Assembly: GCA_051313645.2 (NCBI GenBank)
Contig: JBNRSN020000003.1
Location: forward strand, 422,034,001 to 422,098,000
DNA: 64,000 nucleotides
From: Centroscyllium fabricii
Taxonomy: Eukaryota
Reading direction: 5' to 3'
Positions 12,062 through 23,504 of this stretch are shown here, one piece after another; position 1 is the stretch's first letter, and every line of letters starts with the position of its first letter. The translations under genes were made by a program, and so were the position numbers. The notes under the pieces were generated by a model that did not search any database, was not told where the DNA came from, and saw only the letters and a program-made list of their open reading frames with translations.

Positions 12062-12462
12062 TAGGTTGAGCACCGTTAATCCAGACACCGTTTGTCCGGC
12101 AACTTCAAACATCCGGCATAAATCTGGCCGATTGGTGCGCGCATGCGCAAAATGGCCGCCGCGCTGGGCTGCGCATGCCCAGGCCTCTCCCCGACCGCCC
12201 TGCGCATGCGCAAAATGGCCACCACACGTGGCTGCACATGCCCGGGCCTCCCCAATTGGTCTGCGCATGCGCAATATGGCCGCCGCGCTTGGCTGCACAT
12301 GCCCGGGCCTTTCGGCGAGCACATGCGCAGACCATTCAAAATTTCACAGCGGACATTTTGAATGGTCTGCGCATGCGCTCGGCGAACTTCAATCATTCTG
12401 ATTTTTCAAAAATTCGGCACGGTCCTGGTCCCGACCGTGCCGAATTAACGGTGCTCAACCTG
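12062..12462. mobile_element. Tc1/mariner MITE family A, motif-array subtype
   Basis: TA|TAGGTTGAGCACCGTTAAT...ATTAACGGTGCTCAACCTG|TA; three ~60-bp internal units. Confidence 0.88.
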
Positions 12463-12999
12463 TAATAAGTAAGATTGTGTATGTTTTCTTTGAAGTGCAG
12501 AAGCATCGACAATTTAAAGTGAAAGCGGGGGTAGGCGGTGGGGTGTTAACATTAATAGTTAAAAAAAAAAATCAGAATTTCTTTGAGAACTGCAGTACTC
12601 CAAGATAATTTTTGGTAGTTTCCCTTCCCCACCAAAGCAGACAGTTTCTACAACTGCGTTTTGCTCAAACAATCTGTTGCAATACATTTTGAGGAAGGAG
12701 GAAAGTAGAACAGAACAACACAGTTTCTGATGGTTGAAACTCCAGCATCTTGTTGACAGTGACACACTTGACCTGCCATCAAAGGCACTTGATGCAACAA
12801 GGTATGAGCTACATTTGTGTTGCATTTTTAAAACAAATCTTGTTAATTTTTATAAAATATATAGAGTTGGAATTGAAAGAAGTTAAAAAGGTTTTATTAT
12901 ATACTAACATTTCTGTAAATCAGCCATCACTAGTAGGTTTAAATGTGCAATTTAATTGGAACAGTTTCATCTAACTAGACTAATTCACACCAACATTAT

Positions 13000-14200
13000 G
13001 GGATACATATCAGGAACAGAGCAGACTGCTTCACTCTGTGGCAAAGTGACAAAAACCTCCTCATTAATACACTGGTTAAATGGCAGGGACTGCAGTTACT
13101 AGCTGTGCAAGGGCTAAACTCTTTGCTGCAGACTCCCACATCCTTTTCCTTATCTTACAGATTTTCCCCTCTCCCGAGTGAGCGCCCTTGGAATGCATTG
13201 CAGCGCACCCTGTAAATCACAGTACACCCCACTGCCACCGCCACCATCACCTCACCAGTCTTGTTTTTAGGAACAGATGATAAATAAATCAAAGTGCACT
13301 AAGCAGTGCTTCCACATGGCAATCGCCTCCCTCATTCCTTCTGCAGCTCATCAATCAAACTATTGTCTACTTGAAAGCCAAGGCTTGTAAATGTCATCTC
13401 CACTCAAGCCCAAGGAGGAGAAAATCAAAATGCTGCAAGGAGTTTTAATTGGATAGTGTAATTAAACTAAAAAACCCCGGTAGGCCAGCTTTGACAGGAT
13501 AGCTAAGACCCCTTTTAATAGGCCTATGAAATAGTATTTGGAATAAGGAATATGCATCTCATGATTATTTGTTCTTGTTTTTCCAACCCTGGTATTACTG
13601 TCGCTTGCTACAATCTCACTTAGGTTTTGAATGAGTTGAGTGATTTTTTACACGATCAAACTAGCACATTTTAGAGGGAAAGGAATCATCTACTAATTAG
13701 AAGACAAAATGACTTGACGTTACATTAGCTTGTTCCACCTGCAATATCCGTAGTTAGGTTAAGAAATTAGAACGAATTCTGAAGTTTAAAAAAAAAAGCT
13801 AGCGCTTCTCCAAGGATTGGAATTTATATAGTTAACTGTTTTGAATATTGAATTTTCTTGGCACTTTACAGAACACAATTTTAATAATCACAAGAATGGC
13901 TTTTGTGGAGAGAGGGCGAAGAATAGAAAATAAAGACAAAAAGAAAATGAGCACAAAAGATAATTTCGCCTGAAGGCATTTTTTTGTTATTTAGATCCCT
14001 TTCTCCCCTTACACGTTTGCAAGTTGAGAACGGGCATGTGACCTGTTCCTCGGGCTCTGCTTTGCCAACAGCCATTTGGAGGTGCACAAGAGCAATCTGG
14101 GTTGCTCCTTCACCTCCCCCCCCCGCAACGCAACCCAATTATATTATAGGAAAAAAAACTTATTCATAGTACCTTTTTAATGAATAATTAAACATACCTG
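13000..14200. promoter_or_regulatory. Candidate conserved non-coding element(s)
   Basis: TE-free block with PBX-type ATCAATCAA (13350), TGACAG and paired TAATT motifs. Conservation not verified. Confidence 0.35.
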
Positions 14201-15329
14201 TGAAAAGCAGTAATCACAGTATCCAAAATATTTTAAACATCTGTGATCAATATATTTTCTAATTGGCCAGGACTTGCAAGGGAACAACAAATCAGAACAG
14301 AAATTCCTGTGGTCATCATGGAAATCATGACCAATCAATCAGACTCGTGAACTGAACTGAACCAGGACTAGAAGAATGAATCTACATGGATTAGCATAGA
14401 CGCAAGAAACAGTTAAAATAAAGCGGATACCGACAAATACTGCCAAATCACATTAGAGGGGGTTTGGCAATAACAGTTAGGGAAGGACAGTACTCCACAA
14501 CATCACGGCCAAAATATTATTCGGCAACACAAAAATCTGGACTTTACCTCAACACAACCTGTCCCCAAAAAAATGATTACCGGTTCCAAATTACAACAAA
14601 AGCAGGAGAGAAAAATACACTTTTCTGTAAATGACTCCAACTGTAGTGCTACATCACGGAAAAAAACGACGTTGAACAGTATGAGGAAACGGGGAAATAG
14701 GCCTTTCCTGACCGATCACCAGTTGCCGCTGTTCTTCTTCGGCACTCTATCCAACATGGATTAAGTAGCACCAAGTAGGGAAAATGCATTAACAGAGAAA
14801 TTTGCATGTGGCTTTTACATCTTGCCAAAAACAACAAATTGGCACCAGGGCTCAAGTATAGATTATCTTGTCTGACAACTGTGAAAGCATCCCAAGTAGT
14901 CCAAATGCAATATTAAAAACTGGACCAATATCAAGCTGGCGCTTGCTGCTCTGCAGTGAACCTATACCAGCACCTTAGGATTAGTCATATGGGTTATTTC
15001 TTAAACAAAACGTTTCTTCAGTAGTTTTAACGAAGCAGCCGAGGGCACTTGTACTGCCAGGTACTTTGCTAAAAAATATTGGCCCTGGACTGATAATTTT
15101 GTGAACTCACTGCTCACATGTAATAAGTCACAGAAGAGGTCAGTATTAGTGGAAAGTCAGCAAACAGTAAGTGTATATTAAATGAATTAAAATTACCTTC
15201 TTTTAAAGTTTACTTCCAGTGCAATCCATATTACAGCAAGATTCAAGGCATTAATTACACTGAACTGAGTAAACATAAGAAAGGAGCACTGGAGGGCACA
15301 ACACTACATTAGCATGTGTCAAGTACCTT

Positions 15330-15830
15330 TGGTTTTAAATGAAAACTACATAAAAGCATTTCTGCCATCAATTTTGCTATCACTAACAGCCAGCATGAAT
15401 TCTGCAAGAAAAGCTATTTTCGCGCAGATGTGAAATTCAATGAAAAAGACCGACTCTTGTAGGAACATCAATCAAAACGTCGGCTGCAGTGACAGATCTC
15501 AACGGTGAGGGAGGGTTAAAGGTCACAGGTTAAGGAAAAAGCCAAGCTCTGGTTCAGCTCTAATATCTCTGCGGTGGAAGTCTTGGAAAGGTACACCCTC
15601 CTGTATTAGCCTACCATCATTAATCTTCTTGCCACCTTCTTTAGCTAGTCAAGCAGAACCGCTCAATAGAAAACTATATGATGGGCCACTACTAGGAAGG
15701 CCCAGTCCCCATTATCAGGTTAACATTCTGTTAAGCCCCTCTGCAGCAATGGAATGATAACTCTTGAAGAGATCAAGGTCACATGATGTACTGCATGCAA
15801 TTAATGACAAGTGGGATTTAACAGTATAGA
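15330..15830. promoter_or_regulatory. Candidate enhancer / conserved non-coding element
   Basis: Cluster of ATCAATCAA (15467), TGACAG (15490), tandem DR1 GGGTTA-a-AGGTCA-c-AGGTTA (15513-15532) and TCAAGGTCA (15773) in TE-free sequence. Confidence 0.45.
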
Positions 15831-16832
15831 GCAGTGCTCACAAAGAAGAAACTGAAATGTCTTTGTTGCATTTAATAGTCTGAAACGAAGCAATCTTTCA
15901 TCCAGTATCAAGGTTTGACATATATATTAGCATACTATCATTTCCTTATGGTGCAATACCAAATGCTTTTTACTGGCTTGTGCATAAACCAGGGAATAAA
16001 AGGTGCTAATTGGTTAAATCAATGCATCATTGCAAAGGCACCGCAACTATTTAAATATTGGCTGGATTGGCGAGCCATTTTGAAAAGTGGATTTAAAGTA
16101 TTGTTGATTCTGTACTGTGAAGTGCACCAAATAAACTAGGTTTAACACCACTATCCTTCAAGAGAAAAAAATGAACCAACCGGAACAACGAACTGCAGAG
16201 GGATGCACTAATATGTTGATTTTTTTTTACTACGTATGGTATTTTCAACATTATTCTATAAAATGTGAAGCATTCTTGTCACAATACATATTTAACACAT
16301 AACATGCATCATCAATTTAGTGGTGTTTTGGCTGTTGTAATTCCTACTGACCAGTTCTTTAAAAGCAACAACTAATTTTGGACAATTATACATCAACTTG
16401 CCTTTTTATGGAAAAAATGTCCCAAGGCACTTCACAGAGATATAATAAAAAAATGATAAGGCAGAGAAGCATCTACAAATAGGGGTGACTGAAAGCTTGG
16501 TCAAAGAGGTGGGTTTTAAGTATTGAGATGCGCCTTCATTCATCTAGCCCCTATGCTTTGGAATTCACTCCCTAAACCTCTCCGACTGCCTACCCCTTGG
16601 CATTAAGAGGGAGCAGGCAGTTCTTTCAGTGCCCTGGCTAACACTCCTCCCCCAAGAATGCTACCAAAAACAGATTATTCAATCATTCAACTCAATGCTG
16701 TTTCAGATATTGCTGTGTGCAGAAATGACAGCCAAATTTTTATGCACAACAATCACTACCCTTCAAAGTAATTAATTGTACAGAAAGTGCTTTACATGTT
16801 TGAGGAATGTGCATGTTTTTGTTTCGAAAAGA

Positions 16833-17550
16833 ATAGAAACATAGAAGCTAGGAGCAGGAGTAGGCCATTTGGCCCTTCAAGCCTGCTCCACTATTCAATG
16901 CGATCATGGCTGATCATCCAAACTCAGTACCCTGTCCCTGCTTTCTCCCCATATCCCTTGATCCCTTTAGCCTCAAGAAATATATCCAACTCCTTCTTGA
17001 ATATATTTAATGAATTGGCCTCTACTGCCTTCTGTGGTAGAGAATTCCACAGGTTCACCACTCACTGGGTGAAGAAATTTCTCCTCATCTCTGTCCTAAA
17101 TGACTCACCCCTTATCCTTAGACTGTGACCCCTGGTTCTGGACTCCCCGGCCATTGGGAACATCCTTCCTGCATCTAGTCTGTCCAGCCCTGTTAGAATT
17201 TTATAAGTTTCAATGAGATCCCCTCTCATTCTTCTAAACTCCAGTGAGTACAAGCCCAAATTGACCCAATCTCTCCTCATACGTCATTCTTGCCATCCCA
17301 GGTATCAGCCTGGTGAATCTTCGCTGTGCTCCTTCCATGGCAAGACTGTCCTTCTTTAGATAAGGCGACCAAAACTGCACACAATACTCAAGGAGTGGTC
17401 TCACCAAGGCCCTGCACAACTGCAGCAAGACATCCTTGTTCCTGTACTCAAACCCTCTTACTACGAAGGCCAACATACCATTTGCCTTCTTAACTGCCTG
17501 CTGCACCTGCATGCTTACCTTCAGCGACTGGTGCGCAAGGACGCCCGAGA
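16833..17550 (-). mobile_element. CR1 LINE 3' fragment
   Basis: Minus-strand QVQQAVKKANGMLAF...LVRPLLEYCVQFWSPYL...LYSLEFRRMRGDLIETYKI (CR1 ORF2 C-terminus, frameshifted) plus 3' UTR. Confidence 0.93.
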
Positions 17551-17554
17551 CCCC

Positions 17555-18342
17555 GGGGGTGATTTTGCCGGAAACGGCGGGAACCTGGCGGGGATTGGTC
17601 TGGGTCGCCTCCGGCCCCGCCCACCCAAACAGCTGGGAAGGCCACGCAATTTTAGTTTAATTAGGTTGTTAAATCCCCATCGGCGGCAGCGGGAGGTAAT
17701 TAGGTCAATCGAGTCGGGCTGCAGCGAGGCTGCGAGCAGCTTGATTGACAGTTCCAGCACTGGTTGTTGTCAGTTCCCATGGAAACACTCCACTGTGACA
17801 TCACAGTGGAGTGCAGCCAATGGGAAAGGCCAAGTGCTGGTGACTGACAGGTGGGCAGGCGGGCTCAGAATCCCTCGCAACTCGCAGCGGCTGTCAGGAG
17901 CTGTGCAGAACTGAGATTTCTCAGTTTCTGCTCACAGCTGCTGCTGCAGACAGAACGGAGTTATTTACTCCTCTAAGGTGCTGGAGGCATGCCAAACATT
18001 TGGCAGCATGTCCTTCACACCTTGAAGGAGAAAGTTATAAATGCAAGAAGTCACACAACACCAGGTTATAGTCCAACAGTAATAACCAGCGCGGTGCTCC
18101 CGCTGGGTTTCACCCAGCGGGGTTTAGGGTGGCGGGGTTAGGGCGGGAAAAAGGGCAAAATGGCCGAGGGCCCTTAAAATGGCATTAAGGGCCCTTAACG
18201 AGGTGACAACCCATTCCCGCCGGTTGGCGGCGGGGAATCTGGGCGGGCAAAAATGAGAAAGCGGCGGGGAGGGGGTGGGCGGGAACTGCCGGTTCTGCTG
18301 CCGCCGAAAACCCCGCCTCACGGGGACATGAAAATCCCCCCC
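17555..18342. mobile_element. Harbinger-type MITE family C
   Basis: Termini GGGGGTGATTTT...AAAATCCCCC; colinear with 46390-47215. Confidence 0.75.
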
Positions 18343-18874
18343 CCCCCGTCTGCCCTCTCCACTGGAGGTAAAAGATGTCTCAGTCAACCCACTAGGTGTA
18401 CAATGATTTACACCTTCCACCCCGCAAACATTTTCTTTATTTGGAAATAATTGTTTTACATTATGACCAATAAAGAGAGAAAGAGAGGCGGTTAATCTTA
18501 AACTGAAGATAGAGAATTACTTTCTGAAAGAAGCACAAGTGACCTTCCTATAAACCATTTGTGATACAGTAGCTAGTATAACCACACGGGTAGCAAGCTG
18601 GAGTTCTTGCAGAAGCCGAGGGGGACGTGAATCCATAAGTAAAACAATCATACTTTATCATTTTAAATCTAAGTTCCCACAAGAAAGTAGATTTTTGTTT
18701 TCCCCCTCAAGAGTTCAGTACTGTAATACAGTCCTGAAATAAGATAAATAAAAATTCTGATGTTACTGAGATTAAAACCACCAAGCACGACTTAATATAT
18801 ACATACAATACTGAAAAATTTCTCAAAGCAAGTTTAGATCTTGTTTCTAAAGAACAAATTTAAATCAAAACAAT

Positions 18875-19614
18875 GGGCCAAAAATTCTGCCCGCAACGCG
18901 TGAGTACGGACGGGGCACTCACACGTCGGCCCATCGGAATTGCCGGTTTCCGGCATGCGCGCGAAACCGGCAATTCCAATCCCCTGAAAGAAGGGGTCAG
19001 GGGTCGGAATGCGTGCGCGGCAGCGGGTGCGCAATGGACTTGCGATTTTTTTCCACAGGTTTTTATCAGCGTAAGTAAGGAAAAAGTTACGGCTGGTTTT
19101 TTCATCCGTAAATAGTGGATTTCAGCAGGTAAGTCTTTATTTAATTCAATTTTAACACTAATTTAAAGAAAGGTAAGTTGATTTTTAGCCACGTTAAATA
19201 CTTTAATTATTTTTTTCAATTTTTTTGTTGTTGTTTAAAATAGCTAATTTGTGTAATTGATAGTAATTAAAAAAAAGATATTTAAAAAATTTTTATTTTA
19301 AGATTGAGTATGGTTTTGGGGCTGTAGTATTCATAAGTTTGACAGATCTTCCTGTCAAACTTATGAATGGAGCATTCTTTGCTCCGGTTGGCTCCCCGTG
19401 GCCCACGTGATCCCGCAGGAAGCTTCACACTAACTCAGACGTTCAGATGCAGCAGCACAACGCGCCGGGATCTCAGGAGGGCCCCGCATCGGAATTTCAG
19501 GAGCGCCCCGCATCGGAATTTCATGCGGGTGAAATGGAGAACGGCAGGCGCGGTCCCTAAGTGTGGGTTGGAGGTTTGCACTCGCGGGAAGCCTCCAACC
19601 CGAATTTCTGGCCC
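18875..19614 (+). mobile_element. Harbinger-type MITE family D
   Basis: TIR GGGCCAAAAATTC...GAATTTCTGGCCC; CpG-rich arms and AT-rich core; similar to 32435-33171 and 43889-44638. Confidence 0.8.
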
Positions 19615-20196
19615 AAAATAAACCTGGAGACTAGAATCTTGCATCTTATCCTTCTTCAAGCAGCTTTAACATAAATCCCCCAAAGCAGTACTTGTCAAAT
19701 TAACTTGAATATCTATGTACAGACTAAAAATGATTCTGATAAAATACAAAAATATCCCCCTAATTAGCATCACTGCTTTATGTACAATTCTGTAGCTTGC
19801 ATTTTTAAGAAGAGCAGGAGTGAGATAAAAAATCTGACTGACGTTAGAATGCCAATAACTGATTGGTAGTGGCAGATCATATTAAATTCTCAACTTAACA
19901 AATTTGACCGGGTTTATCACCAGCAAATTCTGATGGATTAACAGGGCACCATTTCACAGAGTGTGACAAAATGTTGTTCAACCTTTAGACGGCTGAAAAT
20001 TTAGAAATTGATTTGAGTAACAGAATACAGATACGCAGCTAGCAGTTTAAAGGATAAAAACATGCATCATAGGCACCACTGTCTTATCTAATATTAAACC
20101 TGTGGACAATATGCAGCTCTAATTTTTCTATTTGAGTGCATGCACTCACTCACACAACAGCACAAAGATAGAGCGCATAAATGTAGTACTACATAC

Positions 20197-20334
20197 TTGG
20201 ACTCTTTTCTTCCACAAGGTCACAAGCGCAGAGTAGATCGGAATCAATTGAAATGGGTTTCTGTTTAATCCAGAACTTGGTGGTGGCCTTCTGATTAGTA
20301 ACAGGGTCTATCTCCACCTTTTCTCCCGAGATAC
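20197..20334 (-). CDS. MAPKAP1: MAPKAP1/SIN1 internal coding exon (138 bp, phase 1-1), PH domain
   Basis: tcacag|GT ATC TCG...AGT CCA A|gtatgt translates (G)[45 protein letters not shown], nearly identical to human [46 protein letters not shown]. Confidence 0.97.
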
Positions 20335-21106
20335 CTGTGAATCAGTGGGGATATAAACCAGTGGGCCGTGTAAGTGATTTTATATCAACCATTTGACACA
20401 CTTTATAAATCTTAATGGAATGAACACATAAAGTACTCTCTTAAGCCTTCCAAAACTCGAGTTTTTCTGCAGCATATGAAGTGAAGACTGAATATAGAGC
20501 AGATTTCTAGATCACCAAATAAATTAAAAAATGATAATAGTGTCTGAAATGGATACTGTACTCTTCAAAACAGCGCAGTATCCTGCATTTCGGCACCACT
20601 TAAATAGACGCTGCTTTATTCAGTTTAATACAAGCAAGGTCTCCAGTATTCAGTACTGGTGAGTCACAGAGACAAATAAAACAGTCATAGCATTACCCCA
20701 GCTATTTAGAATATAAAACTACATGAATTTATCAGATTTTTGAGTTATGGCCAATTGTGGTTTGATATTATAGTAGTTATATTATTATGGCAATACAAGA
20801 GCCAATTTCTCTTAATGCATATTGCGAGTTACAAAGTAATAAGGAAATGCCAACTTCGAAAGATGTCGTCCAGACCCTGAGACACAATGGTGTTCAAATC
20901 CATGAATTTTGATATATACACAAGACTCATCAAGATCAAATTTAAACTATACATTTTTTTGTTACTCATGACTTATCAAATCAAGCTTTGTGAAGAAAAA
21001 GCCAGCTAAGGGACTCGATAGTGTACGGTAACGAGAATTTGGATGAGTTGACAGCAAACAAAGCTTCATGGTGTGGAAGCAGAGTTAGTCACAATATAAC
21101 TATGTA

Positions 21107-21565
21107 CAGGTACACAACCCTTTATCCGAAAACCTCGGGACCGGGCGGGTTTCGGATAAATATGGTTTTTTAGAGTTGGCCCCAGTGCGCATGTGCAGAT
21201 CGCTTGCGCATGTGCATTTCCGTGTTTGCGGCCGAGGAGCGGCATATCGGCCATTTGGAGCGGGAGACCGGACATTTGGAGGAGGGAGACCGGCCGTTTG
21301 GAGGAGGAAGACCGGACGTTTGGAGGAGGGAGACCGGCCGTTTGGAGGAGGAAGACCGTACGTTTGGAGGAGGGAGATCGGCTGTTTGGAGGAGGAAGAC
21401 CGGACCTTTGTTTCCTCAGCACGGCATCAACAGCACGAGATCGGGGTAGGAACGTGCTTTTTCTGCTGCAGCTTAAATACGTTTTTTCTTAAATAAATTG
21501 AAGAAAAACTTCATTTTTTGGAGCTTTTCGGTTTTTGGAGTTGCGGATAAGGGATTGTGTACCTT
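21107..21565. mobile_element. Tigger-like MITE family B with expanded internal 22-bp minisatellite
   Basis: TA|CAGGTACACAACCCTTTATCCG...CGGATAAGGGATTGTGTACCT; about 7 units of TTTGGAGGAGG(G/A)AGACCGG(C/A)CG; paralog at 58238-58556. Confidence 0.85.
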
Positions 21566-22449
21566 AACTACTTGATGCAACAGAATGTTGCATGACTCAT
21601 ATGAGGGGACTGAATGTTCAACTGGAAGTTTTATATGGATGTAGAATAGAATCTTGTGCACATTATAGTCAAAATTATACAGCTCTAGGTAATAATTTTT
21701 AAGTATCGTTCAAATAAAACTCGAAAACATATTAGTGGATGGGAAAAATACACAACATTGCAATGGCACTTGCGCTCTCAGTCAGTTTAAAAAAAAAAGA
21801 GAAACAAACCTTTTAATGCTATGCGAGATCTATCTATACTCTGTTCAACCTATGTAAAATCTACTTATTCTGTCAAAAAAACACCCTTCTTGCAAAGGGA
21901 TGCACTAGTAATCATTCAGTGGCAACTTGAACTTACTTTTCTCAACCGTAAACACGAATAAATAGTTTTCTAATGGAGGATAGAAATGAGCCATCACTTT
22001 CAACTTCACTATGCTATTTAAAAGCCTTGTATTTGGTTCTTGAGTTCACATTTAGCGCACAACTATTTTTCTTAACTTAGGAATCGCAACAGTGTCTGAA
22101 TAATTTGGAAATCTGGCAAAAATTCTACGTTGAGCACTGATGTTCAAAAATTTTAGTGTCAGATTGTAGTTTATGTAAATTGGAAGTGAAAATGCAAGTT
22201 CACAAAAACAGCAGCTGCATAAATCATTAGCAAGAGAGACAACAGAATAAAATGCTTTACAACACTTCAGTGAATTTTAACGTGTAATTAGTTTTCATAA
22301 TTTCAGACTTTCAATGTGATCAATAGGCTATAGTCACCATTTCTGTGCTTATATTTAGCGGTATGGTTTTTTTCTTGGTTTAATTTTCGTACAACTGACA
22401 GTTAAAAACCATTCAACATGCTTGAATAACATTTAGAGAATGAATGAAC

Positions 22450-22872
22450 TTAAGATTTATATAGCACCTCATCACATCCTAAAGTGCAGTCACTGTTCTT
22501 ACATGGGTAAACGTGGCAGCCAATTAGTTCACGGCAACTTGCCACAAACAGTGAACGACTAGGTAATCTGTTTTTTTTTGGTGGTTTTAGGCAAAGGAGA
22601 GATATTGGCCAGGACATCAAGTGAACTTTATGCTCTTCTTCAAATAGTGCTGTGGGGTGTTTAGTGTCCACTTGAGTAGGCAGACTTGGGGGGGGGGGGG
22701 GGTCGTCATGATTTAACATCTCATTTGAACAATGGCACCACTGCCAATGCAGCACTTCTTCAGTACTGTACTCAAGTATCAGCCCAGATTAAGTGCTCAA
22801 GTCTGAAGTGGAGCCTGAACCTACAACTTTGATTCAGACAAGAGTGCTTGCTACCAATTGAACTAAGCTGAC
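22450..22872 (-). mobile_element. Ancient Deu-domain-type SINE (SacSINE1/AmnSINE1-like)
   Basis: Motifs TGCTCTTCTTCAAATAGTGC, TTTAACATCTCAT, CAGTACTGTACT..AGT.TCAGCC.AGATT..GTGCTCAAGT and a tRNA-like end; colinear with 25850-26250. Confidence 0.65.
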
Positions 22873-23165
22873 ACTGAATAAAAAGATATTTTCAGGCAAG
22901 TCACAGAAATAAAAATTTACGCTACAATGTAATTCACTGCTGAATAGATATATTTGAGGCCAAGATGGCATTCAAATTAATATTTTATCTCCGTTGAGAG
23001 ATTTTCAAGATGGCAAGAAGCCAGCTACCTCTGGAAATTTATATTGCAATGGATATCACTCCATTGTTTCAACAAGAATGGTAACTCACATACCGAACAG
23101 GTGTATTAAAGCTGCTTTTGTGCTCACAATAGTCATGAGTAACAAAAATATATAGTTTGAATATA

Positions 23166-23504
23166 CAGGTTGAGCACCGTTAATCTGGCACCCGATGGTC
23201 CGGCAACTTCAGTGGTTCGGCACGAATCGGAACCGGCAGCCTTCAGTTTGTGGAACAGCCGCCCGGCGGCGCCGCCGGTTCCCGCAAAGGGTGGGCGAGC
23301 GTCAGGTGTTTGGGTTGCTGCTGGACAGTGTTCTAGCCCCGGGCTCTATCCCCGGGCTCCCTCCCGGGGAGTGTTCTACTGTGCGCTCCGGGCCCCGGGG
23401 AGTGTTCTACCGTGTGCTCCCCTCGAACCTTCAGTGGTCTGGAATTTTCAGTAATCCGGCACCAGCCTGCTCCAGAGGGTGCCGGATTAACGGTGCTCAA
23501 CCTG
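23166..23504. mobile_element. Tc1/mariner MITE family A, short subtype
   Basis: TA|CAGGTTGAGCACCGTTAATC...GATTAACGGTGCTCAACCTG|TA; interior shared with 28958 and 60199 (those two in opposite orientation). Confidence 0.9.

Noticed and set aside
1-20196. Next MAPKAP1 exon ([21 protein letters not shown]-like)
   Set aside because: Not found by eye; it probably lies left of the window. A TBLASTN search would settle it.
21249-21410. CRISPR-like repeat array (also 27081-27273)
   Set aside because: Head-to-tail tandem units without unique spacers, eukaryotic context and no cas genes.
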